A stretch of DNA of 64,000 nucleotides from Octopus vulgaris (Eukaryota): the NCBI GenBank assembly GCA_951406725.2, contig OX597825.1, forward strand, positions 49,228,001-49,292,000, given 5' to 3'. Position 1 is the stretch's first letter. Each line of letters starts with the position of its first letter. Position numbers and translations under genes: made by a program. Below, in pieces: positions 51,262 to 64,000 of this stretch. The notes below the pieces were generated by a model. That model saw only the letters and a program-made list of their open reading frames with translations. It had not been told where the DNA came from and ran no database searches.

Positions 51262-54200
51262 TCTATAGTATAGAGATTGTCTGTGTGCCTGTCGTTCCGG
51301 ATTCTTCTCCGAAACTAGCCGACTTTTTTCTTTGAAACTTTACATATCATTTTTGGACGTGACGGGTCGCGACGCTATTGATTTTTTCATATTTTTATCA
51401 GGTCTCCCCGAAAAATCGATAAATCAATATCGAGCTTTTTTCAAAAGTTGTTCGACTTTGATCAAAATCAACATACTTATGCATTTTTATCTAAGGAGCT
51501 TAATAGTGTCATTAGGTTTTTGAAATTCCATTTCGTTTGAGTACTGGATGAGAAGAAATGACTCACAAAATGCTCTTTTATCCGATTGCGCTCAACCTCG
51601 CTCTCATTGTACATTAGACCCTTGTCTACAGTTTGCAAAATTTGCATACTTATAGGGTACTTCCTTTGCGAGGTGTAGCACATCCAAAAAGCCGATAATG
51701 CTTTAGCTCCTCCACCCTTTGTCCGATTGTCATATAGGTTTGCATACATGCACACTGTGCACCAAACATTATTTATCACTGTTAAAATGTTTGAATTTCT
51801 CTTATTAAAGTACTGTAAATCAACTTATTATTTGCTATTTATTACATTTGGGAACTAATACGTTTGACGAAAGATTTCCTTCAAAATTGTTACACCGAAT
51901 AGGTTTTGTTCCGGAGATATTTCTCTGTTTTTAAATATTTCGATTCCCACTGATTTATAGGCTACAATTGACAATAAAACAATTCTTTACAGTATTTCAC
52001 CTGAAAGATTTTTTTGTGAACTGCCTTGCACGTAAACGTGCAGTTTATACGCGTAAGGTGAAAAATCGATATATTTTACGCGCCTGAAATCTCAAGCAAA
52101 GTTTATTCAGCGCTTATAAACACCTGGCAATTACATGTGCAGGAATGGTGTTATAAAATGAATTTCAATTCGGAATCTATTTTTCAAATCAGCACAGCTA
52201 CAATATGGAAGAGCAAAGGTATATTGATTTTTTCCCGAAATAAAAATTTTTTTGAGTAAATCTTCTCTTAAATGCAGCATGGCTTCCGCCCAAATCTGTT
52301 AACAGCACAGTGCGCAGGCTTTTCATGCTCACGGACGTGTCAAAATATTTTGATGACGCTATGGCCACTGAAGCTCTTTCGATTGCTGCTATAACCTAGG
52401 TACTACACATTATCAATCAAATTATTCAATGAGTCATAAAAGGTTGCCAGTACTTATGCGCATTGCTTTATTATCGAATTCAGAGAAGAGATTCGATAAT
52501 AGATAGACCAGTATAACATTACCAAATTCGCGTGCAGAATTTTTTGGTTCAGCTCTATGACGGTAACACATCTGACACACCTTACTAATAACTTTCTCCG
52601 CGTTATTTAACGGATTTTTTGTGATTAACATGCAAATTACAGCGCATTAAATAATTCTGAGGTCGGGCAAGTAACTTTTATTTCCGAAAACATTCTCGGT
52701 GCTTCAATTATAGCACTTATATTTTTTTAATGCATTGGACAGTTGCCTATTTATTCAGCTTATACATTGTACCTGGGTAAAGTATTGATTATTTGCCGTG
52801 ACATTGAAATCGATCTGTGCCCTTGAGTCATGTTATTCATGAGGCTGCAATTGTAACAAGCATTGGAAATCCATTACACCATAAAATAATCACATGCACA
52901 CACTCATACATCTTTCACAAAATTGACTATATGTTTCAAGCGCTCTGACGTGTTTTGTCCTATTACGAGACTTTGTGATTGGGGTTACGACAAGCCAATC
53001 ATTTCAAGGAGTACTTGACCTTTTTAGCAACACGAGTTCTACTTTCAGCTTCCATTACACAAGGCGAGTCTTTCACATTTTCTACAGAGAGTTGGTAAGT
53101 GCTTACGATATCTTCAATCATTCTCCTGTAAACGCCTTTTACTCACGCCTTACATTTATGATTATGATTGCGTCAGAAGGTAAAGCTGCCGTTACTGTGG
53201 TCTGCAAAGTAAGCATAGCAGTTGCGGTGGTAGTACTACTTTTACAACTACTGCTACTGCCAACAGCTCTTTTTGTACCCCTTTCTATCAGTTTTGCTAT
53301 TAAAGAAAGTAAGGCTTCTATTACTGCTTCATTTAAAGTAAGCGTTACATAGCAATAGTAGAAATAGTAGCACTACTTCTACCCCACGGCACCTTTTGCA
53401 TCTACTTCCACGTCTAAACCTCGATTAAGGCACGAATATTACATGAATACGGCTTAAATTCCCTGCAACAGTGACATTCAGAATATTTGTCCCGGCTTTA
53501 GGTCATGCCTCGAAGAAAAAGATGTTTCATTGGACAAAAACTGCAGAGGCAGCACGATAAAGAGCAAGGTAGGCTAAGGAATCGCCAGTGACATCTGCTG
53601 TTAGATGGTTAGAGGACGCTGAATATACCGCCACCAGAAGAGCGAACGAAACAATCCAACAACGATCATTTCGACAATCAGTTGATGAAGAGTCGACTTC
53701 AGCTGCTCGAGCTGTGGAGTCTGAAGACCAGCGCAGATGTCGTCGATCTCCTAATGCCGCATCGACGTCAGCTGAGTGAGCTGCGGAATTTGAAGACCAG
53801 CACAAACATTGTCAAACTGCAAATGCAGCGTCGACTTCAGCTCCGCAAGCTGTGGAAACTGAAGACCATCGCAAACGTCGTCAAACTGCTAATATCACAT
53901 CGACTTCAGCTGCGTGCTCTGGGGAAACTGAGGACGAACGCAGACGTGGTCAAACTGCTGATGCCGCATCGACTTCGGCTACGCGAGCTTCGCAAACCTC
54001 ACAAGCACGTTGTATTCGGCTAGAGAGAAATGTGCAACAACGAGCTCTCAACAAATGTGCCCAAAGCCATACAATGCACAATGACCTTCACAGCTTTCGA
54101 GTACAGCCGCGCTATCGATTATGGCAGTCAACTAGACATGACTCTTGAAAGTATGTCAGCAACTTGCTCATTTTGCAACCCTAAAATGTGGCCAGGAGAG

Positions 54201-54305
54201 ACGGTTGGTTTGTGGTGTTTAGATGGAAAAGTGAGTTTGCACCCCCTGGAGGATACTCCTCAACCATTGAAGCTCCTCTTTGCAGGCACAACTGTCGAAT
54301 CACTT
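51262..54305 (+). mobile_element. Helitron 5' portion: 5' terminus, long non-coding region and RepHel N-terminus (53505-54305)
   Basis: 5' TCTATAGTATAGAGATTGTCTGT. MPRRKR start, 21-aa repeats (ETEDERRRGQTADAASTSA-like), then AFEYSRAIDY...MSATCSFCNPKMWPGETVGLWCLDGKVSLHPLEDTPQPLKLL, the Helitron Zn-finger region. 3' truncated. Confidence 0.8.
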
Positions 54306-54544
54306 GTACTCTCTTATATCTCTCTCTACCCCTACACACACAATAATACTATAAGAAGAGACAAAATTCCTGAAAAAGTTCAATCTGGCGTCTCCACTAG
54401 AGTGGGCGCAAGCGCTAAGATATGATGTATAAAAACATGTGACATAATTATAAATACCTGTAAATATGAAAACATCCAGATTTCTGAGTACCTTATTTCT
54501 TCTCATATATATATATATATACATACATATATATATATACATAC

Positions 54545-54608
<64 letters not shown>

Positions 54609-54714
54609 TAGCAAATGTAACAGATTGTCTTCAGGCCAAGAGTTTCGTGCGTTGACACTTATAGAATTGGTTACAGGCCGACGAGCTGTGTGTTTATATA
54701 TTTTTTTTGTTTTT

Positions 54715-55106
54715 TTTATTTTACTTGTTTCAGTCATTTGACTGCGGCCATGCTGGAGCACCGCCTTTAGTCGAACAAATCGACCCCGGGACTTATTCTT
54801 TGTAAGCCCAGTACTTATCCTATCGGCCTCTTTTGCCGAACCACTAAGTGACGGGGACGTAAACACACCAGCATCGGTTGTCAAGCAATGCAAGGGGGAC
54901 AAACACACACACATACACATATATACATATATATACATATATACGACAGTTTTCTTTCAGTTTGCGTCTACCAAATCCACTCACAAGGCATTGGTCGGCC
55001 CGGGGCTATAGCAGAAGACACTTGCCCAAGATGCTACGCAGTGGGCCTGAACCCGGAACCATGCGGCTGGTTAGCAAGCTACTTACCACACAGCCACTCC
55101 TGCGCC
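54715..55106 (-). mobile_element. tRNA-derived SINE, well preserved
   Basis: Minus strand: ggcgcaggagTGGCTGTGTGGtaag...GGTTCAGGCCC, ttgggcaagtgtcttc body, tail ...atgactgaaacaagtaaaa. Confidence 0.85.
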
Positions 55107-55446
55107 TATATACCTGTGATATATTTTTCTCTGCGTTGTTCTAGATCAAATTTTAAAATCATCATAATTCAAATAGTTTTCCGTTATGTCCTTCAATAAG
55201 CAAATATATAAAGAAATACGTAAAGAAATTTAGAGAGAAATAGGAAGAAACTTTCTGCGCGTAATCATATAAGCACACACGCGCATACACACACATACAC
55301 AAACATTCACACTAGCTCTCTCTCACATTCACACATATGATTGTGCTCTTTAGCATGTAGGTTGTCCTGTCAAAGGTCAACTTTTTCGTGTATAAATATT
55401 TAATTGTTTGTTTGTATAGCATACACACACACACACACACACACAC

Positions 55447-55492
<46 letters not shown>

Positions 55493-56850
55493 GTATATGA
55501 TATATACATAAGTGTAGATAGATTAGATCAACCGATCCATAGATAGATAGGTAGATAGACAAATACATAGATCATATCGAAGGCATTATTGTATATGCTT
55601 TTTAGATGACAGGATCTTTGAGTGATTTATAGAATATATTTGTATATTTGTTAGTAGATATGCCGATGATATGTATTTAATCAGCTGGAAAGAGAGTTAT
55701 AAATATATATCAACGAGCATAATAAGATATGACATGAAAGGAGCAATAACTTTCCATTTCTTCCTTGTATCTTTCCTTCTTTCAGTCAGTTAACTGCGGC
55801 GATGCTGTTTCGAAACTTTAACATTTACTTTCATGGAGTATGTTTTCGTGAAAAACTTGTTCATTCACGTTATTGTATACTTTTTAAATAAATTCATTAA
55901 CTTAAGCAATGTAAAACAAAACGTAATCTCTTGCCACGCAATGCCTTTTGTTCACAGTAACATTTTTACTTCGCGTGCGTCAATTAAGTCTTGGTCAACA
56001 TCATTATGAGACCATTCCAAATCCCATAAAGGATTTCTTAAAATTTGTAAAAAATGTAAAGTATGCATTGGTGTTCGTGCCTCGCAGGACGTTGCAAAGC
56101 TTAAGACAAACTAGATTTAAAATGAAAGCCTAAGAAATTATAAATTCACATGCTAAATAATGAAATAGATTCATCTGTAACATATTTCAACTACTCGTAG
56201 ATAAACTGTACAGAATTAAACTCCATAACTTATCGTTTTGGCAGTTGATACTAATGTTTGACGGTACTCCAGTATCATTGATAAAACAGAAATGAAATCA
56301 TAATTTGCGGATGACAATTATAATGAGTAGTCATTGAATTGTAGATGAGATTCACGTGCCATGGTGTAAATAGACTGAAACGGAAGACAAATGCCAGTTA
56401 AATGTAAAGTTCGTTTCGATATACATTCCTTGATGCTTATATAAGTAAATCTATCATGCTAATATAGCAATAAGAGGAAGACGAATAATTTTACATTAGT
56501 TCCTCACACACAATATATATGGTAACTGACCCAATTGGTATCACATAAACATCAGTACATGTGATGGTAATCCTATTTTACAATATTAGTTTGCTCTGAA
56601 AGAAGTAACTCAGCTATTATTCTAAAAAAGTTGTAGTCGATCTGTTTATTGTATGGCCCCTTCAATATTTACTGTATCGCAGTTGCAGTGAAAAATATTT
56701 GAGTGGAAGGTTGTGTAGAGCGGTTAGTACTTGGTGTAATGCTACAGTGAAAAACAACTGGGGTTGGGATGAGGGACGGTAAACGATTGAAGATTTCTCT
56801 TAGTTTGTTGTTTTTTCATCGATATTAGTTTATTCATATTTATATAAATA

Positions 56851-57729
56851 CTAGCTTAAGGTGACCCGCTCTACGCGTGGGTAAGAATGTGCTTGTTACT
56901 TTCTGTTGCTTTCTTTCTGTTTTTTATCATCACATTCTCCCTATTTGTTTCTCTCTCCTTTTTCTCTCACTCTCTTATCCTTCATTTCTCTCGGACTCTC
57001 CCTAGCTTTCTCTTACTCTCTGTCTTTATCTATCTTTCTCCCATTTACAAACAACAAAAGATCTTGAGTAAGTTGAGAAATAAAATATTTTGAAAGATCA
57101 ATCATAAATACCAGGCACTGACAACGGAAAGGTCTGCTTCAAGGCAGACAGCAAAACACTAACATTTAAAAGGGACAGACGAACTTGCGAGCTGAATAAA
57201 AATAAATAAATATTGGAAACCAAAGTTTGAAGGGATAGAATCTGAGGAAAGTAGAGTCACCATGGCTAGCATTTCTTAACGACGGACAGCAACGTAGTGG
57301 CAGTTTAACGGCTGGCGTAAAATTTTGAACTTGATGTAAAAGAAAATTCCTAATCACCAAGTTTTGAAGTGATTCTTTCTCACGACAGTAGATTCACCAT
57401 GGCAAGCATTCAAAACTTCTTCATCATGGACGGCAACACATTGGCGATTTAAAGGCTGGCGCAAATTTTTTAGCTTCATGTGACAGAGAATTCCTAAACA
57501 CCCGCTCCTGAATATTTTAATCTCCTTCAAGCCCCATTTAGACCTCTTTTCACATTTTGGTTAATATAACCCGATTTAATTCGGATCTACTCGGGCCACA
57601 TTTTATAAGATGGGGAATTTTGTCCTAGAGGTCACGCCTTTAATTTGGGGAAAAAAATAGTTGCCATGCAAACTCGTCAGCACTTTTAACATAGATGTGC
57701 ATATTTTCAGCACAACTGACAACATAATG

Positions 57730-57767
<38 letters not shown>

Positions 57768-58285
57768 CAGATATATACACTTTGTATATATACATATTTA
57801 CACATAGAACACACACACACACACATAAATTAACCCAATAAATATCTGATTCATAATATTTGTTCTTATGATTGTATGGTGGTTGTGGCGATAATAAAAC
57901 TCTCTATGAATGCAGACAGACATACGGAGAGAGAGAGAGACAGACAGACAGACAGGGAGAGAGAGAGAGAGAGGGAGGCGGTGGGTGAAAGATAGTTGTA
58001 TGTGTCAAACGTCGTTATAGATGTGAAGGGTGGAAACAGAGAGAGACGGAGGAAGACATGTAGATAAGAGAATTAGAGGAGACTTGTCAAAGTGTGCGTT
58101 TTTGGCCCAAGTAACGACACCTCTTAAGCTAGGGCTTTCTAACCTAGCCCACTCACACCCTCATCTCATTTTACATGTCTCTGCAAATTTTGGAGTCAAT
58201 CCGACGTGATCTAGTGCCCTTTAACCAGTTCCAATGCCAAAGCCAGACAAACAAACTTATAGCATTTCAGATTTATAGATATTGA
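56851..58285 (-). mobile_element. Non-autonomous Helitron
   Basis: Minus strand A|TCAATATCTATAAA 5' end; 3' hairpin ACCCACGCGTAGAGCGGGT followed by caccttaagCTAG|T. Internal ~137-bp duplication (57251-57360 vs 57388-57505). Confidence 0.72.
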
Positions 58286-58489
58286 TTTAAATATGAAGTG
58301 TAAATTATTTCCGTTTCCTTTCGCAAATTTTACTTAATTATTGTGAAACATTTGGGGCCCGCCAACTGTATTTCGTTTATAAAGGTATCTGCACATATCG
58401 ACAGAACAACTTTGTGATACGTTTAGCATGAAAGAAAGGGTCTTGAGAGAAAATGAATGATATTATGTCTATCATTATAATTAATATTT

Positions 58490-59660
58490 TTTTGTATTTC
58501 CATAGCTCCTAACACTGGAGATGTACTACGGTGTCAGCTGTTCACTACCAGTGAACTAAGATAACACCCCTTATTTTTCGAAATATTCGAGCGGTTCCAA
58601 ACAGTGCTGTTTTCTGCAAGTGCTTCACACTTATTGCAGCCCCTATTTGTTCTATGTACTTCTCAAATTTTTTACTCACTGTTCCCAGGGATCCGACAAT
58701 TCTTGATATTACTACCATTTTTTACAGTGGTAGCAACTACTTAACCTCCCAAGCTAACCTGTCATATCTATTGACTTGTTTTTCTTCCTTATCCTATACC
58801 TTGTTGTCAGCTGGGCATGCTATATCTATGATCCAGCATTGTTTGCCTTCTTTGTCGATTAATGCTATGTCTGGCATCGTATTCTCTATCGCATGGTCGC
58901 ACCGAATCATAAAATCCCATAGTATCTTTGCTTTATCTTTTTCGACAATGTCTTCGAGTTTATGTTCTTATTACATTTTTACTCTGACAAGTCCATACAT
59001 GTTGCAAATTGTCCAATGGAAATCCTTGCTATATTATCATGGCGTCTCTTATATTGTTCCTGGACTAGTGGTGTACATTGACTGATAATATGCCATACGG
59101 TTTCACCATTTTGTCCACAAATTCTGCACTTATCACTTTCTGATGTGTTGTGTATTCTCTATTAGGTGTAATTGCTTCTTAATTCTTACTCTTGGGCAGC
59201 ACAGATTGGAGCCTCCGTTTCCAGTTTTAAATCACTTTTAGTCATCGATGACAATCTTTTTTCTCTGTCTGTCTTATCTTCGACATCGTTTTGAAATTGT
59301 CTGTGCATTCTTTTCTTTTTCCACCTATTTTCAGTTTCATTCATTCTGAAGTGCTTCTGCAGTGCTTTATCTTTGCAATATTCCATCTTACACAAGCCTG
59401 ACCTTCTTACTTCCAATACTAGCGGTTCTGTGGCATCTTCTACATACCATGCTATATTGTTTTCTTCTGCTTTAATGTTGTGTTTGAATTCAATCAGTCC
59501 TCTTCCCCTTCTTTCTCTTGGTACACACAGTCTGTCTGTGTCACAGTTTGGATGGAGTATCACATATTTAGTCAGCAACTTTCTTTTCTTTCCGTCTAAG
59601 TTGTTTAGTTCCTCTACTGTCCATGCGATTACCCCTTCACTAAGGAGTGAAGCTACCCAA
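58490..59660 (-). mobile_element. R4/Dong-clade 3' fragment
   Basis: LHPNCDTDRLCVPRERRGRGL, WKKKRMHRQF, LKLETEAPICAAQE, KCRICGQNGETVWHI, KILWDFMIRCD, RMPDI. Confidence 0.82.
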
Positions 59661-59829
59661 TCTGCATGTTTGTTAAAATCACTTGCCGAGACACATCCAG
59701 TGTCTTAGGTTGAGTGAAGGATAAGAGATGTTACTGTATAATTGAAAGCTTAGGGAGGGGACGTGCCAGGGGCTGTAGCGAACTATATTCATGTAATACA
59801 AACATTTAAATTGACTGGGTTTTTCTAAG

Positions 59830-62445
59830 GATGTGGGCAGTACTTTTCAGCACAATATTTCGGTTTTTCTTGAGACATGTTTTCCCTGGTATTCTATCTT
59901 GATATTCCTAACATCACTTTCTCATCATACTTAGGGCACCTACAATAACAGGAACAGTCCTCACTTTAAGATTCCATATTTTTTAAATTTCAGTTTCCTG
60001 GTTCATATATTTACTTAATTTGTCAAATTCCTTTACAGATACATTTTTATCAGTGGGAACACTTACCTGTATCAGTTTACATGTATTTTCTTCCCTATCG
60101 TTAATAATTTTGTCTTGTCGAGTAGCGTGGATCGTTCCGTCAGTGTTGACTGGAAAACCCATAGGATAGTGACAATTTTACCTTCGACGAGTGGCTTAGG
60201 ATAATTTTCATACCAGTAAGCAGGAGTGTTAATTTTGAGGTTTTTACATATGTTCCAATATAAATACAGTCCTAATCTAGCGTGGCGATTTTGTATTAGT
60301 TTGGTGTCAGCAGAGAACATTCCCAGACGAGAGGTCTATTGTTTCGTCAAATGTGTCGCAAAATCTGCATTTAGGGTCAGAACTGTTTTGAAGAACGTTA
60401 GCGTGGTAGTTTTTGGTAAGCAACCTTTGATCTTGTACAGCCAATATGAAGCCTTCACTCTCTGCTTTCAGTCTTGAGCTTCTCAGCCACTAATGGGTTG
60501 TTGCTTGGTCAACATAAGCATTTCCGCTTCGATGTATAAACTGTCCATGCAGAGGCTTCAGGCTCCGAGCTCCTCAATTTGTTTCTGCTCGTTCTTTTTT
60601 GCAATCTGCTTCATCAGTTTTGCTTAATTAGTGGCAGTGGTTTCAGATTCTTCACCTAATTCCGGGATGATGCCAAGTTCCCTTGCGCATTTACAAGCTT
60701 CCTGACAATACAATGCGATTTTTGCTGCTTTTGTGTTTGCACACAGGCCACAATACTCAGTCGTCGGTACAGGATAAGAACCTGTTCATTGCTATTGCAG
60801 CGGTGTTATATCACATTTCTACTTGCTTCACATCACTTCGGCCATTACCTCTAGGTAGGTACAGGTGATCAACGTCTGCTTTTGGGTGGTACATATTCTT
60901 AGATGCTAGTAGTTTTCTTGTCTTCCTGTCCAGGCGTTGGGTCTCTGTAAGATTACTGTTAGTGATGTTAAAACTGTATTGGACTACTGGAAGTGCGTGT
61001 TTTTGAGTTGATTTCAGTGTTTAGTATGAGTCTCAATCTTCTGTAATACTTCTTTCTTATTTCTACCTTCATAGTAGCATGTTGTATAACATTTCCTTCA
61101 TTTATCCCCAGCTATTTATAACTTTCTTGTACGTCAATGTCATTCATGGTAGCCTCGGTATCTTATTTAATGGAAGCTGATGGCCTGAGCTCTCCTCTCG
61201 CAGAAGTTGCTTTAACACACTTATCAAGGCCAAAATCCATCACGATATCATTGTTGAACTATTTACCAGTTATTAGCTTTCCTACTAGCTCTTCGTCATT
61301 TCTAGCAAACAGCTTCAGATCGTCCATATAAAACAGATTATTATCGTATTATAAACTTTTAACTCACACCTGATGCTATTCAGTTCGTTTGACAGTGGGG
61401 TCAGCGCCATGCAAAAGATTAATGGGGAGTGGGAGTCACCGCGAAAGATGTCTTGTTTGATGTTGGTGTCGTTAGATTGGCTCATCCAATTATCATGGTT
61501 TAGTAGATGTGTGTTCCAATTTGCCATGCTACCTTGTAAGAATTTGAAGAATACAGGAGAGCCTTGAGTAGCCAATTATGTGGAACACTTTCAAACGCTT
61601 TCCTCTAGCCTATCTATGCCATACTCAGATTCTTCATGTTGCTCCGGCAATTCTCTACATTAATTTTATTTATGAGTAATTCATCTTTGAAACCATAAGA
61701 ATTCCTTTTTCAACCTTTTTGAGCTTGTGGATGGATAGACTTCTGTTCTAGGAAAGCATATATTCTTTCAGATATTATAGATGTGAAGATGTTCTTGATG
61801 ATGTTGAGAAATGTTACCTTTCGGTAGTTCTTTGAATTTATTGTATGTTCAGTTTTTGGTAGAATGTATGTCGCTCCGTCAGTCAGCCAGGTATTTGCAC
61901 TTGGCTCTGGATGATACCAGTTAGCGATGCAGCGAGATTTTGGTGTACTTCTATCAGACAATTCAGCCAGAAGTTAGGAATCCATTCTAGTGCTGGCTGG
62001 GATATATCCTAAGAGCACATCATAGCTCTTCTATTTCTGCTCTTCAACATCATCCAGTCTGACTTTCTCACGTTCTATCCAGGCAGCTTCAGCATTATAT
62101 ATTTTTTCGGGGCTAATGCAGTTTCGCATCTCTCCTTGAAAAATGCATTTTAATTCTTTTTGGATAATATTTTTTCTGATTGGTAAGTTTTAGATGTCGG
62201 AGATTACGAATATGCAAAAAGAAAATTGATTTCACCTCCACCTACGTACTTAAAATGTTGATTTTGTTTACTTTGAAGAAATTGTAGCGAATGGACGAAC
62301 ATATAGAAATCCAAATTAAATATAGATAAAAATATTAAATTGAAATGAATTTGCGATTTACTTGTGTTTGCCTTAAATAACAGAAAATATATTTCATTCA
62401 TTTATGTATTGGTCTGTCTGTTTATTTATCCCTATCCATTTATTG

Positions 62446-62529
<84 letters not shown>

Positions 62530-62648
62530 TTCATTATACACATAACTATATGCTTATTGAATTTAAAATGTTGGAAACGTGGTTTCTTTCATATTCGGAA
62601 TCTCTGTCATCGAAAACATAGGAACCCGCTGAAAAAAAAATCGGAAAT

Positions 62649-62693
<45 letters not shown>

Positions 62694-63430
62694 TGCGGTG
62701 GGAGATGACTATGCGTGTGTGTATGATGGGGTATGTCTGTGCCGGAGACGCGGTGTGAAATTTGAAAAAAGTCGGAAAAAGTTCAAGATTTTAAATTGTA
62801 GGGTTTGGTGTGGATAGGAGTGTGAAATTAGAATTTTTTCTTTGTATATTCGTAATCTCCGACATCTAAAACTTAGGTATCCGAAAAAATATTTACCAAA
62901 AATATGCATTTTTCAAGGAGAGGTTCGAAACCGCACTAGCCCTCTTTTTTCTTGCTCCATATCTTCCAGAAATTTTCATTTCTTCAGTCTTAGGTAGCTC
63001 CTTTACTTCTATCTTACTTTTGCAAACTTCCCTATAAAAGTTTTTGCATCTGTCTTGAATACCCTGTTTTGTCATAATTTCTAAGCCATTGGACTTTCAG
63101 CTGCATTTACTGTTTGCAGGGAGGTTTGTAAAATCTTTGATATGATGTCTTTGTTTGATTTTTCTAGCTTGTTTCCTCTTAACATTTACTCCTCTCGCAA
63201 GTTCACCGAGAACAGCAGAATGTTCTGTTTTTAGTTGCTTGACTCCTTCAAACTGCAGCACCTGCAGCTCTTGGCTCTGTATAAATTGTCACCTATTGGA
63301 GACATTTCGAATCAGGCAGTCAATTTGTCAAGATGTTCTTTATCATCCTTTAGTATTTTCTAACACTTGAGCAGTGTGTTGAACTGCATGGAGTAGGAAC
63401 TCTGCCGCTGTATAGCAATATCAATATTTA
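59830..63430 (-). mobile_element. R4/Dong-clade element, long decayed copy interrupted by a MITE
   Basis: WLTDGATYILPK...NYRKVTFL, IFRGDSHSPLIFCMALTPLS, YMDDLKLF, MDFGLDKC, YKFLGI-like, RHARLGLYLYW, ILW, VPVIVGAL. Confidence 0.82.
62109..62944. mobile_element. MITE / non-autonomous DNA transposon with ~115-bp TIRs
   Basis: Left ggggctaatgcagtttcgcatctctccttgaaaaatgcat...taagttttagatgtcggagattacgaatat is the near reverse complement of right atattcgtaatctccgacatctaaaactta...atgcatttttcaaggagaggttcgaaaccgcactagccctc. TTTTTTC flanks both sides; the Dong sequence resumes across it. Confidence 0.85.
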
Positions 63431-64000
63431 CGATCCATATCTACCTATTGATGTTGGACAGTACTAAAATCGGGCGGTTTAAAAAATCAACTACGTAATA
63501 ATTTGAATAATGTCTTTAAAATGTGGCCAATTTCAAGTTGAACAAGATAGAAGTGGATATAGCTGACAATGTTTGAATAATATCGCTTCCCCAATATTTG
63601 AACACGTACATTAATTAACATCTTTGCATGATAACCATACTTTGTACAATAGCAAACACACAGCCATCCTTATCGATATATGAGACAATAAAGCTGTGAT
63701 TGCCAAACCTCTTCAGAGGCTAAACATTGTCCAAGGAACAATACAAATAACAACAACAACAATGTGCAAAATAAAAAGAATAATAGCAACAGCGGTATCA
63801 CCTTAATCAACAAATATAAAGTCGTCATCACTAACAAAAATGTTTTGACAACGATGACAACAAAAACTACAAGCACAACAAGAAGTATGAACAAAAACAA
63901 TAACAACGGTAGCAAAAGTGATTGTTGAAGCGCAGAGACCTCTGTCGCTGCATCCCCGGGAGAGATTTCCGTTCAGCTGCGGTGGTCTAAGTAAGTCGTG

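Noticed and set aside
37878-54305. The two Helitron coding remnants as halves of one element
   Set aside because: The C-terminal half lies upstream of the N-terminal half, and each has its own distinct 5' terminus.
54365-54450. Possible hammerhead relic (CTGAAAA ... AAAACATGTG)
   Set aside because: Both core boxes deviate and the stems do not pair convincingly.

Overview
This is AT-rich animal genomic DNA, dense in microsatellites (TA, CA, TATC, TAA, GAT) and largely made of nested, decayed transposable elements. The SINE/LINE repertoire suggests a cephalopod (Octopus-like) genome; this is an inference, not a database result. I found no intact host gene, only weak exon candidates. Recognisable elements: a near-full-length HERO-clade RLE non-LTR retrotransposon bracketed by two inverted Tc1/mariner 3' ends, several R4/Dong fragments, three L1/Tx1-like LINE copies, an RTE LINE, a full-length decayed mariner, a maT-like fragment, four Helitrons, a long-TIR MITE, tRNA-derived SINEs and a Penelope-like GIY-YIG remnant. 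The most notable signal is a set of type I hammerhead ribozyme (HHR) motifs read by eye: 910-972, 1375-1450, an inverted pair in 1728-2086, 15161-15265, 33366-33451 and 38482-38527. One sits inside a tRNA-headed SINE-like unit flanked by an inverted copy of its own tail, and one pair forms a ~360-bp foldback. Together they suggest Penelope-dependent, ribozyme-bearing non-autonomous retroelements. Boundaries of decayed elements are approximate.
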